Below, piece by piece: positions 10,712 through 20,008 of a stretch of 49,230 nt of DNA. The DNA lies in contig DCFV01000206.1 of NCBI GenBank assembly GCA_002314435.1, positions 1 to 49,230 on the forward strand. The letters run 5' to 3'. This DNA is from Acidobacteriaceae bacterium UBA1795 (lineage in GTDB: Bacteria > Acidobacteriota > Terriglobia > Terriglobales > Acidobacteriaceae). The first letter of the stretch is position 1, and the number at the start of each line of letters is the position of its first letter. The translations under genes were made by a program, and so were the position numbers. The notes beneath the pieces were generated by a model, which was not told where the DNA came from, searched no databases, and worked only from the letters and a program-made list of their open reading frames with translations.

Positions 10712-11161
10712 TTACTCCGGCGCACGGGCCTGCGTTATCTTGGAGCGGCGTTTCTCCCACTCCTCACTGGCAAACAGGCGCGGTCCCACCTCGATGAGGC
10801 GCGGCATCATGTTGAAGACCGCCACGCGGCTCCACGGCTTGCCCTCGCGGGTGCGGAAGCCCTTCTCGTTCAGGTCGCTCACGATGCTGGAATAGCTGAA
10901 GTCCTGCACCAGCAGATCCATCAGCAGCAGCAGCACGCGGTTCTCGTGCGGATCGACCTCCAGGCGCTGGCAATCGTCGGAGATGCGCAGGCCGTAGGGA
11001 ATGTCGTCGCTGAAGCCGCGTTCGGGCGGGTGCTCTGAGTCGGGCAGCTCGCGCCGCCACTCGATGGCGACCATCCGCCAGCCAGCGGCCGTGCGCTGGC
11101 GAATAATCTCCGGGCTGATGGGTTCAGAGAGTACATCGCGCATCCGTTCGAAACAGGCCAT
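10712..11161 (-). CDS. Stand-alone recombinase-domain (large serine recombinase DNA-binding domain-like) protein without a catalytic domain
   Basis: GGAGG Shine-Dalgarno and ATG 11161. IPYGLR...LEVDPHE...SIVSDLNEKGFRTREGKPWSRVAV matches the pattern PYGY...DPEEA...IARRLNExGIxTxxGxxWS. No YxRVS catalytic motif is present. Confidence 0.8.
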   Translation of the reverse strand: MACFERMRDVLSEPISPEIIRQRTAAGWRMVAIEWRRELPDSEHPPERGFSDDIPYGLRISDDCQRLEVDPHENRVLLLLMDLLVQDFSYSSIVSDLNEKGFRTREGKPWSRVAVFNMMPRLIEVGPRLFASEEWEKRRSKITQARAPE

Positions 11162-11199
11162 GACTGCCTCCTGCGCAAAATGACTGCAACAAGGCTTGC

Positions 11200-11215
11200 A
11201 GCAATCGGCGTGCCA
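11200..11215 (-). promoter_or_regulatory. Sigma54 (-24/-12) promoter TGGCACG-CCGA-TTGCT
   Basis: The minus-strand sequence TGGCACGCCGATTGCT is an exact match to TGGCACG-N4-TTGCW. It is intergenic and about 40 nt upstream of the ATG at 11161. Confidence 0.8.
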
Positions 11216-11347
11216 GTCCGGTGCATCCGGCAAGTGCCTGATTCGGCGCGAAGTGCCGCCTAACGCGGCGCTGTACGCGACTGCAGAAGTGGCCGTTTTT
11301 ACGCTGAGCTGTCCGCTGGTGGACACGACGATCGATGGTCCTCGCGG

Positions 11348-12703
11348 CTACTCCCGCACGCCGATGCCCAGCGCCTTCATCTTGCGATAGAGGTGGCTGC
11401 GCTCCAGCCCCAGCAGTTCGGCGGCACGGCTCACGTTATTGCGCGCCTCCTCAATCTTCTTAAGGATGTACTCGCGCTCGTAGGCGTCGCGGGCCTGCTG
11501 CAGCGTCGAAAACTCTTCCGTGGAACGCACGGCAACCTTGTGCGTGAGCGGCGGCAGATGTTTGCGTTCAATGCGCAGCGCGCGCGGATTGAGAATGAGC
11601 ACGCGCTCAATCACGTTCTTCAGCTCGCGCACATTGCCCGGCCAGTGGTATTTGCCGAGCACCTCGAGCGCCTCCTCGCTGATATCCATGCGCGGGCGGC
11701 CGTACTGCCGGCCGAACTCGGCCAGGAATTCGCGCGCCAGCGGAGGAATGTCCTCTTTGCGCTCGCGCAGCGGCGGCACAAAAAACGGCACCACGTTGAG
11801 CCGGTAGAAGAGGTCTTCGCGAAAGTTGCCTTTGGCGATCTCCTCTTCGAGGTCCTTGTTGGTCGAGGCGATGAGGCGCACATCTACGCGCAGCGGTTGC
11901 GTACCGCCCACAGGCGTAAACAGCTGGTCGTCGAGCGCGGAGAGGACCTTCGCCTGCGTCTTCAGGCTCATGTCGCCCACTTCGTCCAAAAACAAAGTCC
12001 CGCCGTCGGCACGCTCCAACGTGCCCCTCTGCTCTATCGGGCCGCCGGGCTGCGCTCCGTGCCGGTAACCGAACAGCTCCGCCTCTATATGCGCCTCGGG
12101 AATGGCCGCGCAGTTGAGCTCGACGAAGACGCGGTCGCGGCGCTGACTTTCCGCATGGATGGCGCGCGCAATGAGTTCCTTGCCCGTGCCCGACTCGCCG
12201 TAGATCAGCACGCGGCCGCTGCTGGGCGCCATCAGGCGAATCTGCTGGCGCAGTGCCTTGACGGGCACGCTTTCGCCTGTGAGCACCGTGGCGGCGTTGA
12301 ACTGGCGGCGAAACTCCAGGTTCTCCGAGCGCAGGCGGCGCGCTTCCACCGCGTTCTTCAGCACGATCAGCGTGCGGTCGAGCGAGAGCGGCTTCTCCAG
12401 GAAGTCGAAGGCACCGAGCTTGGTAGCCTTCACCGCCGTTTCAATGGTGCCGTGCCCTGAGATGATCACCACCTCGGGCCGCGTTTCTGCGCTCAGTGCA
12501 TGAATCTCCGCGAGCACGTCTAGACCGTCGCGATCAGGCAGCCAGATGTCCAACAGCACCACGTCGTACGGCGCATCCTGCACCAGCACAAGTGCCTCGG
12601 TCGCGGTAGCTGCAGTGGCTACTCCGTAGCCCTCTTCGCGCAGAATCTCTTCGATCGAAGTACGGATTTCAGCTTCGTCGTCAACAACCAGAATGTGGTT
12701 CAT
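11348..12703 (-). CDS. NtrX/NtrC-family response regulator (receiver, AAA+, HTH)
   Basis: Receiver motifs ILVVDDE and LLDIWLP, Walker A GESGTGKE, Walker B FLDEVGD, FREDLFYRLNV, WPGNVREL and HTH AAELLGLERSHLYRK. Confidence 0.93.
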   Translation of the reverse strand: MNHILVVDDEAEIRTSIEEILREEGYGVATAATATEALVLVQDAPYDVVLLDIWLPDRDGLDVLAEIHALSAETRPEVVIISGHGTIETAVKATKLGAFDFLEKPLSLDRTLIVLKNAVEARRLRSENLEFRRQFNAATVLTGESVPVKALRQQIRLMAPSSGRVLIYGESGTGKELIARAIHAESQRRDRVFVELNCAAIPEAHIEAELFGYRHGAQPGGPIEQRGTLERADGGTLFLDEVGDMSLKTQAKVLSALDDQLFTPVGGTQPLRVDVRLIASTNKDLEEEIAKGNFREDLFYRLNVVPFFVPPLRERKEDIPPLAREFLAEFGRQYGRPRMDISEEALEVLGKYHWPGNVRELKNVIERVLILNPRALRIERKHLPPLTHKVAVRSTEEFSTLQQARDAYEREYILKKIEEARNNVSRAAELLGLERSHLYRKMKALGIGVRE

Positions 12704-14997
12704 GAATGCGCTCCGGTCAGCGGCGCGGAGGCGCTGCTGTCGTGGGCAGACGGCGCGGCGTGCTCCAGAAGCGGCAAGCGCACCAGGAAGCGCGCGCCCT
12801 TGGGCAGGTTGCTCTCTGCGCGAATGATGCCGCCGTGCTCCTGCACAATCTTCGCGGCGATGGAGAGGCCGAGGCCAGTGCCGCGCTGTTTGGTGGAGTA
12901 GAAAGGCAGAAAGAGTCGCTCGCGGATATCATCCGTGAGACCGTGGCCGGTGTCAGCAACAGCCACTTCCACCGCAGCGCCATCTTCAATCAAGGTGCTG
13001 GAGACCGTGAGGACGCGCAGCAGGCTGCCCTGCATGGCCTCGGCAGCGTTGTCGATCAGGTTGACCAGCGCACGGCGCAGCGCCTCAGGGTCGCCCAGTA
13101 CCGGCGGCAGTTCCGGCTCCAGTTCGCGGCGCAGTGTAATGCCGTCAAGCCGGCCGGAGAACTGTGCGAGTGCCTGCTCCGCCACCTGGTTGATGTCGCA
13201 GGCGCGCGGCTGCGGCGCGGGAAATTGTGCCAGCGCGGAGAACTGATCAACAAGCGTGCGCAGTGTACCCACGCAGCCAAGAATTACCTCGCTGCACTTG
13301 CGAATAATGTTCGGCGAGTCGGGCTGCGGGCGATCGAGATGGCGGCCAATGCGCTCCGCCGACAGCGCGATAGGCGTGAGCGGATTCTTGATCTCGTGGG
13401 CCACCCGCTGCGCCACTTCCTTCCATGCCAGCTGGCGCTGTGCACGCAGCAGTTCGGTGGTATCTTCCACCACGAGCACAGAACCCACATGCTGGTGGGT
13501 GAGTTCGAGCCGCGCGCTGGTCACAGCCAAATGCAAGGCACGGCCGTGGGACTGGCACTCTATCTCTACCGTGGCCGCTCCCATGCGCTGGCCTCTGCGA
13601 ATCACAGCAGACACATCATCCACGCACTCAGCCGGCAGCAGAGCTTCAATCTTCTGCCCGCGCAGCGCGGTTTCTTCCGGCTTTCCCAGGAGCGCTGCGA
13701 AGGCGTGATTGGCCTGCAGAACCTGGCCTGCACCATCCAGGGTGACCACTCCGCTGGGAATCGTTTCGATGATCGTCTCGAGTTCGCGGCGGCGCTCCTC
13801 GATTGCGCTGTTCGCAGCGCTAAGTTGTGCGGAGGAACTGAGCGCAAGGCGACGGCTGGCTTCCAGATCAGCAGCCATGTGGTTGAACGAGCCCACGAGT
13901 TCGGCCATCTCGCCGGTGGCCACGTGGGATACGCGGCACTCGTACTCGCCCAGCGCGATCTTACCCATTGCGTCGGCCAGCGCTTCAACGGGCCGCGTGA
14001 TCTGCTTGGAGAGAAACAGCGCAAGCCATACGCTGGAGAAAAAGACCAGCGTGGTGATCAGCAGCAGCATGAGAAAGAACGTGGAGCGAATGCTGTTGCG
14101 CGAGCGGAACAGGTCCCAATAGGCTGCAGCCCCTTCGCGAATGCGCGCAGTGGTCTGGCTCAGCCCCTGCGGCATGGGAAGCGCTGCCACCACGGTCTTG
14201 CCGGAGGCAGTGAGCGCCATGCCCAGCGCGTACTCCTGACCTGCGATTCGGATGACCGGCTCGTCGTTACGCTGCGCGGCGGTGAGCAGGTTGGCGGAGA
14301 GCGGTCCGCGCAGCTGGATGGCGGGTTCGACGGCGCCGGCGACGGGCTTGTCCGGCAGCCAAGGCACAAGGCTCGCGGGGCTGGACTCGGCGGGCGCCTC
14401 AAAGCTGGCCAGCACCTCGCGATTCTTGTCGAAAACCAGCACAAAGCCGCCCTGCAGCGTAATGCGGTGCGAAGCAAGCACGGTCCTAAGCTGGGCTGCG
14501 CCGCCGTCGACTGCGCCCGTGTTGACGATGGACGCGGCCTCGCCACGCGCGTTGCTGCCAACGTATTGCGCCAGTTCCAGCACGATGCGCGTTGAGTCCT
14601 CGTGCAGCTCTGACGTATTGGGCGAGAACCAGCGGTCCAGCGATCGGTTCATCAACTGGTAGCTGAAGAGAAACATGAACGTCGCCGGGGCCAGTGCTAT
14701 CAGTACCGCGCCCAGCACCATCCGCGTGCGCAGGCGCGCTCCAAGCGCACTGCTTGCGGGGTCAGCGTATATCTTCAGGATGTTGCGCAGCAGCAGGAGC
14801 AGCAGAACCAGCAGCAGCAGGAAGACGATGACCGTCAGCGCGGTAAAGGCCAGCGTTTCGCCCGCCGACTCGGGAGTGAGAAAGCGCACCTTGGACGTGT
14901 TGAATGCCTGCAGGCCGCCCAGCAGGGCAAAGAACAGGACCACGCCCGCGCCAAGCAGGACCATCGTGCGTCGCCGTGCATCGCCCAGAAACGACAT
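12700..14997 (-). CDS. NtrY-like membrane sensor histidine kinase (HAMP, PAS, HisKA, HATPase)
   Basis: Several TM segments, HAMP (ITRPVEALA...GEMAELVGSFNHM), H-box AWKEVAQRVAHEIKNPLTPI, NLIDNA, DTGHG and GTGLGL; 4-bp overlap with the regulator. Confidence 0.93.
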   Translation of the reverse strand: MSFLGDARRRTMVLLGAGVVLFFALLGGLQAFNTSKVRFLTPESAGETLAFTALTVIVFLLLLVLLLLLLRNILKIYADPASSALGARLRTRMVLGAVLIALAPATFMFLFSYQLMNRSLDRWFSPNTSELHEDSTRIVLELAQYVGSNARGEAASIVNTGAVDGGAAQLRTVLASHRITLQGGFVLVFDKNREVLASFEAPAESSPASLVPWLPDKPVAGAVEPAIQLRGPLSANLLTAAQRNDEPVIRIAGQEYALGMALTASGKTVVAALPMPQGLSQTTARIREGAAAYWDLFRSRNSIRSTFFLMLLLITTLVFFSSVWLALFLSKQITRPVEALADAMGKIALGEYECRVSHVATGEMAELVGSFNHMAADLEASRRLALSSSAQLSAANSAIEERRRELETIIETIPSGVVTLDGAGQVLQANHAFAALLGKPEETALRGQKIEALLPAECVDDVSAVIRRGQRMGAATVEIECQSHGRALHLAVTSARLELTHQHVGSVLVVEDTTELLRAQRQLAWKEVAQRVAHEIKNPLTPIALSAERIGRHLDRPQPDSPNIIRKCSEVILGCVGTLRTLVDQFSALAQFPAPQPRACDINQVAEQALAQFSGRLDGITLRRELEPELPPVLGDPEALRRALVNLIDNAAEAMQGSLLRVLTVSSTLIEDGAAVEVAVADTGHGLTDDIRERLFLPFYSTKQRGTGLGLSIAAKIVQEHGGIIRAESNLPKGARFLVRLPLLEHAAPSAHDSSASAPLTGAHS

Positions 14998-15039
14998 GCG
15001 GCGATTATAGGCGGTAAGCGAAATGGCCCGCCATGCGAA

Positions 15040-16155
15040 CTATCCCAGAACGCTCGCCGTCGCGGTCCAGGGCTTGTGCTGGCTCTCGGCCACACCGCGA
15101 TAGGTGAGCGTGCCGAACCAGGTGTTCAGGCCCTCGGCCAGTCCCGCGTCCTGCTTCAACGCTTCGCGCACGCCCAGGTTGGCGATGCGCGTCACGTACG
15201 GAAACGTAGAGTTCGTCAGCGCCAGCGTGGACGTGTGCGGCACAGCGCCGGGCATATTGGTCACGCAGTAGTGCACCACGCCATCCACAACGTAGCTTGG
15301 GTTGGAGTGCGAAGTCGGCTTGGCCGTCTCCACGCAGCCGCCCTGGTCAATGGCCACATCGACAATGACTGCGCCCCTCTTCATCTGCGCCACCATCTCG
15401 CGCGTCACCAACTTGGGCGCCGTGGTGCCGGGAATCAGGACGCCTCCGATCACGAGGTCGGCCTCGCGCGTGGCCTGCGCAATGTTGTAGCTGTTCGAAG
15501 CCAGCGTGTAGAGGCGACCGTTGAAGATGTCGTCCAGCTCGCGCAGGCGGTTCAGGTTCAGGTCAACCAGTGTCACCTTTGCGCCAAAGCCGAGCGCTAC
15601 GCGCGCCGCGTTGGTGCCCACAATGCCGCCGCCGATGATCGTTACATGCGCCGGGGGAACTCCCGGAACGCCGCCCAGCAAGACGCCGCGTCCGCCGCGT
15701 TCCTTCTCCAGATAACTCGCGCCCACCTGCACACCCATGCGACCGGCCACTTCGCTCATGGGCGTCAGCAGCGGCAGCGTACCCTGGCGATCGCGCACCG
15801 TCTCGTATGCAATGCCAACCACCTTCGATGCAAGCAGCTTCTCCGTCAGTTCGGGCACTGGCGCTAGGTGCAGATAGGTGAACAGAACGAGGCCTTCGCG
15901 AAAGTAGGCGTACTCCTTCTCTATCGGTTCCTTCACCTTGACCACCATGTCGGCCTTGCCCCAGGCGTAGCCCGCGTCGCCCACAATCTCGCCGCCAGCG
16001 GCCTGATACTCGGCATCGTCGAAACCGGAGGCCGCACCGGCCTGCGTTTCCACCAGCACTTTGTGGCCGTACTCGGTGAGCGACTTTACGCCCGCCGGTG
16101 TAATTCCTACGCGCGCCTCGTTGTCCTTGATTTCCCTGGGAACGCCGATGATCAT
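15040..16155 (-). CDS. ald: Alanine dehydrogenase
   Basis: AAGGAG Shine-Dalgarno and [16 protein letters not shown] start; motifs [36 protein letters not shown] and NMPGAVP. Confidence 0.97.
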   Translation of the reverse strand: MIIGVPREIKDNEARVGITPAGVKSLTEYGHKVLVETQAGAASGFDDAEYQAAGGEIVGDAGYAWGKADMVVKVKEPIEKEYAYFREGLVLFTYLHLAPVPELTEKLLASKVVGIAYETVRDRQGTLPLLTPMSEVAGRMGVQVGASYLEKERGGRGVLLGGVPGVPPAHVTIIGGGIVGTNAARVALGFGAKVTLVDLNLNRLRELDDIFNGRLYTLASNSYNIAQATREADLVIGGVLIPGTTAPKLVTREMVAQMKRGAVIVDVAIDQGGCVETAKPTSHSNPSYVVDGVVHYCVTNMPGAVPHTSTLALTNSTFPYVTRIANLGVREALKQDAGLAEGLNTWFGTLTYRGVAESQHKPWTATASVLG

Positions 16156-16306
16156 TGCACTGCTCCTTGAGTTTGAACGTGAAAGCAGGCGACCCTCAGA
16201 TGCTTTTTCGCCGCCGGAGAGAGCCGTTGCGGCTGAAGCTGCCGTGCCGGATGGTCTTGCTAAAAGGGAGGGCTGACCCGGCACGGACTTATCTGCGGCT
16301 TCCAGC

Positions 16307-16321
16307 TTGAAAATGATGCTA
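16307..16321. promoter_or_regulatory. Putative Lrp/AldR binding site
   Basis: TTGAAAATGATGCTA matches 13 of 15 positions of the Lrp consensus YAGHAWATTWTDCTR and lies in the divergent ald/lrp intergenic region. Confidence 0.4.
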
Positions 16322-16370
16322 AGGTGCATGCAGCTTCCAATGTGTGCAAAGTTCGTGATAAAAATGCGCC

Positions 16371-16886
16371 ATGAGCACAAAACGTGAACGACCCTCCCTT
16401 CCTGAGCAAGAAGCACCCGCAATGAAGGGAAATGCCGGGCTGGATGATCTGGACGCCGCCATCCTGCGCTACCTGGAGGGCCGCGGGCGCGCCACCAACT
16501 ACGAGGTAGGCGAAGCAGTAGGACTTTCGGCCTCGGCAGCCTCGCGACGCATCCTGGCGCTGGAGCAGATGGGAGCCATCCGCGGCTATCGCGCTCTCGT
16601 AGACGACCGCCTGCTGGGCAAGCGGATGACCGTCTACATTCGCGTAACGCTGGAGCGGCAGTCTGCCGCGGTGCTGGGCGCGTTTGAGGCTGCAGTCCAG
16701 CGCTGCCGGCCCATCGTAAGCTGCCACCTGATGGCCGGCTCCTACGACTACATGCTGGTGGCGCGCGTGGCGGGCATCGACGACTACGGCCGCCTGCACC
16801 ACAACGAGCTGAGCCGTTTGCCCGGCGTCACGCGCCTTGAGACCAGCTTTGCCCTGCGCGATGTGTTCGAGACGGCGAGAGCGTAG
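16371..16886 (+). CDS. Lrp/AsnC family transcriptional regulator (AldR-like)
   Basis: HTH region LDDLDAAILRYL...VGLSASAASRRILALEQMGAIRGY and effector domain CHLMAGSYDYML; divergent from ald. The start could also be the ATG at 16422. Confidence 0.92.
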   Translation: MSTKRERPSLPEQEAPAMKGNAGLDDLDAAILRYLEGRGRATNYEVGEAVGLSASAASRRILALEQMGAIRGYRALVDDRLLGKRMTVYIRVTLERQSAAVLGAFEAAVQRCRPIVSCHLMAGSYDYMLVARVAGIDDYGRLHHNELSRLPGVTRLETSFALRDVFETARA

Positions 16887-17107
16887 CCGCACATTCGAAT
16901 CCATCGCCCTCCCGGCACTGCGGCGGCGATTCGCGTCGAATCTTCCGCTTTCCGGTTGCGAAACTCGTTTTGCACCCCACATCCGCTGCGTTACCCTTGA
17001 AAACACGCACGACAGTGAATTACTGCCTTTGCATGCGTCGCCCGGCGCAGGCGGTCCTCCTTTACTTGTTTGTCCGGTTCTGGGCCTCACTCGATTAAGG
17101 AGCATTG

Positions 17108-19789
17108 ATGTCTTCGTTCAAGTTGTGTCCTTCGTTCCGTCTCGCTTGTCTTGCTTTGGTTTGTCTGCCCGCCGCACCTGCCGTGCTACGCGCAGAGGCG
17201 CCCACGCCCGTCTCCGTGCTGGGGCACGCTCCCGGCGACGACTTCTATCTGGCCGACTACGAAGACACGGTGCGCTACTTCCACGCGCTGGCCGCCTCCA
17301 GCGACCGCATCAAGTTGTTCACCATCGGCAAGACGAGCGAAGGCAAGGACATCGAAATCGCCGTGATCTCGTCGCCCAAGAACCTCGCGAAGCTGGACGA
17401 GTACAAGAAGATTGCCGGACGGCTGGCACACGCGACGGACCTGACCGACGAACAGGCCCATGAACTTGCGCGCACCACGCCCGTCATCGTGCACATTGAC
17501 GGAGGCCTGCACTCGGACGAGGTGGCCGGGCCGCAACACACCATGCCGCTGGCCTACAAGCTTGTCTCCACGCAAGGCGACCCGCAGGTGGACGCAATCC
17601 TCGATCAGGTGATCCTGGTCCTCTGGCCCACGCTCAATCCCGACGGGCAGGACCGCGTAGTGCACTGGTACCGGCAGAACGTCGGTACCAAGTACGAAGT
17701 GAGCCCCATGCCGTGGCTCTACCAGGAGTACGTGGGCCACGACAACAACCGCGACGGCTACATGATGAACATGAAGGAAGAGCAAGTCGTCGTAAAGACT
17801 CAGCTCGACTTCAGCCCTGCCATCTTCTATTGCCAGCACCAGACTGCGCCCTTCCCTGCAAGAATCTGGATTCCGCCTTTCTCTGATCCAATCTCCAGCA
17901 ACATCAACCCGCTGGTGCGCAGCTGGCTCAATCTCATCGGCGCCAACATGACCGCGTACTTGAACGCGCACGACATGCCTGGCGCCATCTCCGAGTCGCG
18001 CTTCGACAATTGGTACGCGGGCTTCACCGACTGGGCGCACGTATTCCGCAACGAAATCTCGTTCTTCACCGAGACCGCGCTCTACGCCTACGCCACGCCG
18101 CACTTTTACACCGTGCGCGACTTCCCCAAGGAGTACCAGGACCTCCGCGCGCTGAGCCTGTACACCACGCCTTGGGAAGGCGGCTGGTGGCACCTGAAAG
18201 ACGCAGTCAACTACATGGTCGGCGGCTCCATGTCGGTGCTGGACCTTGCGGCAAAGAATCGCGAGACGCTGCTCTACAACCGCTATCAGGCGGCACACAA
18301 CAACATCGAGCACTTCCGGAAAGAGCCGCCCTTCGCCTACGTAATCTCCTCCAGGCAGAGCGACACACCCGAAGCCGCACTGCTGGCGCAGAAGATGATC
18401 GACAACGGCCTCGATGTCTACGCATCGAAGGAGGGCTTCAAAGCCAACGGCGTCGCCTATCCGGCCGGCTCGTGGGTCATTCCGATGGACCAGCCCTTCT
18501 CCGCGCTCGCGAAAGAACTCTTCGAGCGGCAGAAGTATCCAGACGCGATCGAGAACGGCACTTCGAAGGCCATCGACCTGCCCTACGACGTGACCGGCTG
18601 GACGCTGCCTCTCCAGATGGGCGTAAACGTGGACGCAGTGACCGATCCGCTGACGCAACAGGAACGCGCGGCCATGGCGAAGATCGACAAGGCCGCGGTG
18701 CCCGACGCAACCGTGGACGGCGTGGGCACGACGTTCGCCGTGAGCCATCGCGAAAACGCATCGTTTGAGTTGGTAAACGCGGCGCTGGCCACAGGCGCAA
18801 CCGTGTCCGTGGCTCAGGAGCCAGTCAAGACCGCATTCGGAACAGAGACCGGCGCATTCGTCATCGGTGGCGTGAGCCGCGCCGCCATCGGCGAACTGGC
18901 GAAGAAGTATGCTGTTCCGGCAGTGGGAGTGAGCGCACCGGCCAAGGCTCTTCCGCTGAAGAAGGCGCGCGTAGGCCTCTACCGTCCGTGGATGGCCTCG
19001 ATCGACGAGGGCTGGACGCGGTGGGTTTTGCAGAATTACGGCTTTGCCTTCACCAGCGTCTACAACGCAGACATGCGCGCTGCCGACCTGAAGAGCCGCT
19101 ACGACGTGATCGTGCTGCCCGACATGTCTGCAAAGCAGCTGACCGACGGCTTTGGCGCTGGTGTGGTGCCGGGCGAGTACGCAGGTGGCCTCGGCGAGGA
19201 CGGCCTCGAAAATCTGCGCGCCTTCGTCCGTGAGGGTGGCACCCTGATCGCGCTCAACAAGACAGCTGGAGCGCTCATTCCGCTCATGTCTCTGCCGGTA
19301 AAGAACGTGCTCGATGGCGTGAAGAGCGACAAGTTCTTCTGCTCCGGCGCTCTGCTGCGCGTTGAGACCGAGCACGCCGAGCAGCCGGTGAACTACGGTG
19401 TAGCCGCCTCGCCGGTCGTAATGTTCCAGACGGGCCCGGCCTTCGAAACCCAACCCGGCTTCCACGGCGCAGTGCTGGCGCGCTACGCCAAGGAGACAAA
19501 TCCCCTGGAGAGTGGCCTGCTCTTACACCCGGAGGCGATTGAAGGCAAGGCCGCGGCATTGGAGCTGGCTTATGGCCGCGGACACATCGTGCTCTTCGGC
19601 TTCAAGCCGCAGTTCCGCGGGCAGTCGCATGCCACCTATAAGTACCTGTTCAACGAGCTGTATGTCTTCGACCACCCTGCACTGCCCGCCGAGCCTGCAG
19701 CCGTCCCCACGGCCAAGGCAGAGGCCAAACCCGCCAAGGCCGCCCCAGGCAAGCCCGTCGACGACGAGGACGACATGTTACCGCAATAA
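17108..19789 (+). CDS. Secreted M14 zinc carboxypeptidase-family protein with a C-terminal class I GATase-like domain
   Basis: Signal peptide; Zn motif GGLHSDE (HxxE), NPDG, HDNNRDG and QHQ; C-terminal DVIVLPD...FVREGGTLIAL. Confidence 0.88.
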   Translation: MSSFKLCPSFRLACLALVCLPAAPAVLRAEAPTPVSVLGHAPGDDFYLADYEDTVRYFHALAASSDRIKLFTIGKTSEGKDIEIAVISSPKNLAKLDEYKKIAGRLAHATDLTDEQAHELARTTPVIVHIDGGLHSDEVAGPQHTMPLAYKLVSTQGDPQVDAILDQVILVLWPTLNPDGQDRVVHWYRQNVGTKYEVSPMPWLYQEYVGHDNNRDGYMMNMKEEQVVVKTQLDFSPAIFYCQHQTAPFPARIWIPPFSDPISSNINPLVRSWLNLIGANMTAYLNAHDMPGAISESRFDNWYAGFTDWAHVFRNEISFFTETALYAYATPHFYTVRDFPKEYQDLRALSLYTTPWEGGWWHLKDAVNYMVGGSMSVLDLAAKNRETLLYNRYQAAHNNIEHFRKEPPFAYVISSRQSDTPEAALLAQKMIDNGLDVYASKEGFKANGVAYPAGSWVIPMDQPFSALAKELFERQKYPDAIENGTSKAIDLPYDVTGWTLPLQMGVNVDAVTDPLTQQERAAMAKIDKAAVPDATVDGVGTTFAVSHRENASFELVNAALATGATVSVAQEPVKTAFGTETGAFVIGGVSRAAIGELAKKYAVPAVGVSAPAKALPLKKARVGLYRPWMASIDEGWTRWVLQNYGFAFTSVYNADMRAADLKSRYDVIVLPDMSAKQLTDGFGAGVVPGEYAGGLGEDGLENLRAFVREGGTLIALNKTAGALIPLMSLPVKNVLDGVKSDKFFCSGALLRVETEHAEQPVNYGVAASPVVMFQTGPAFETQPGFHGAVLARYAKETNPLESGLLLHPEAIEGKAAALELAYGRGHIVLFGFKPQFRGQSHATYKYLFNELYVFDHPALPAEPAAVPTAKAEAKPAKAAPGKPVDDEDDMLPQ

Positions 19790-20008
19790 CATAAGGGCCA
19801 TCCGGACAGGGGTGCCACAGCCTCTGCCCACGCGCATACTGAGAAGACCAAACGAATCGAAACCGCTGGAGCGGCGTACGCGGGCCGCGCTGGAACCTCT
19901 TCCGTCACGTCCGGTTGTTGTGGCAAGAGGGGGCTGCGGAAGGTTAGAGTGAGGATGACTGCGCGGCGGTGATGCACGCGGGCCGCGCGTGCCCGGAGGA
20001 ATAGAACC

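Noticed and set aside
10712-11161. Prophage or integrative element implied by the recombinase domain
   Set aside because: There is no catalytic domain, att-like repeat, phage gene or compositional shift around it.
16210-16245. GGAGAGA...GAAG segment resembling a glycine riboswitch aptamer
   Set aside because: It is on the strand opposite to the ald mRNA and lacks the CTCTCAGG element and a second aptamer.
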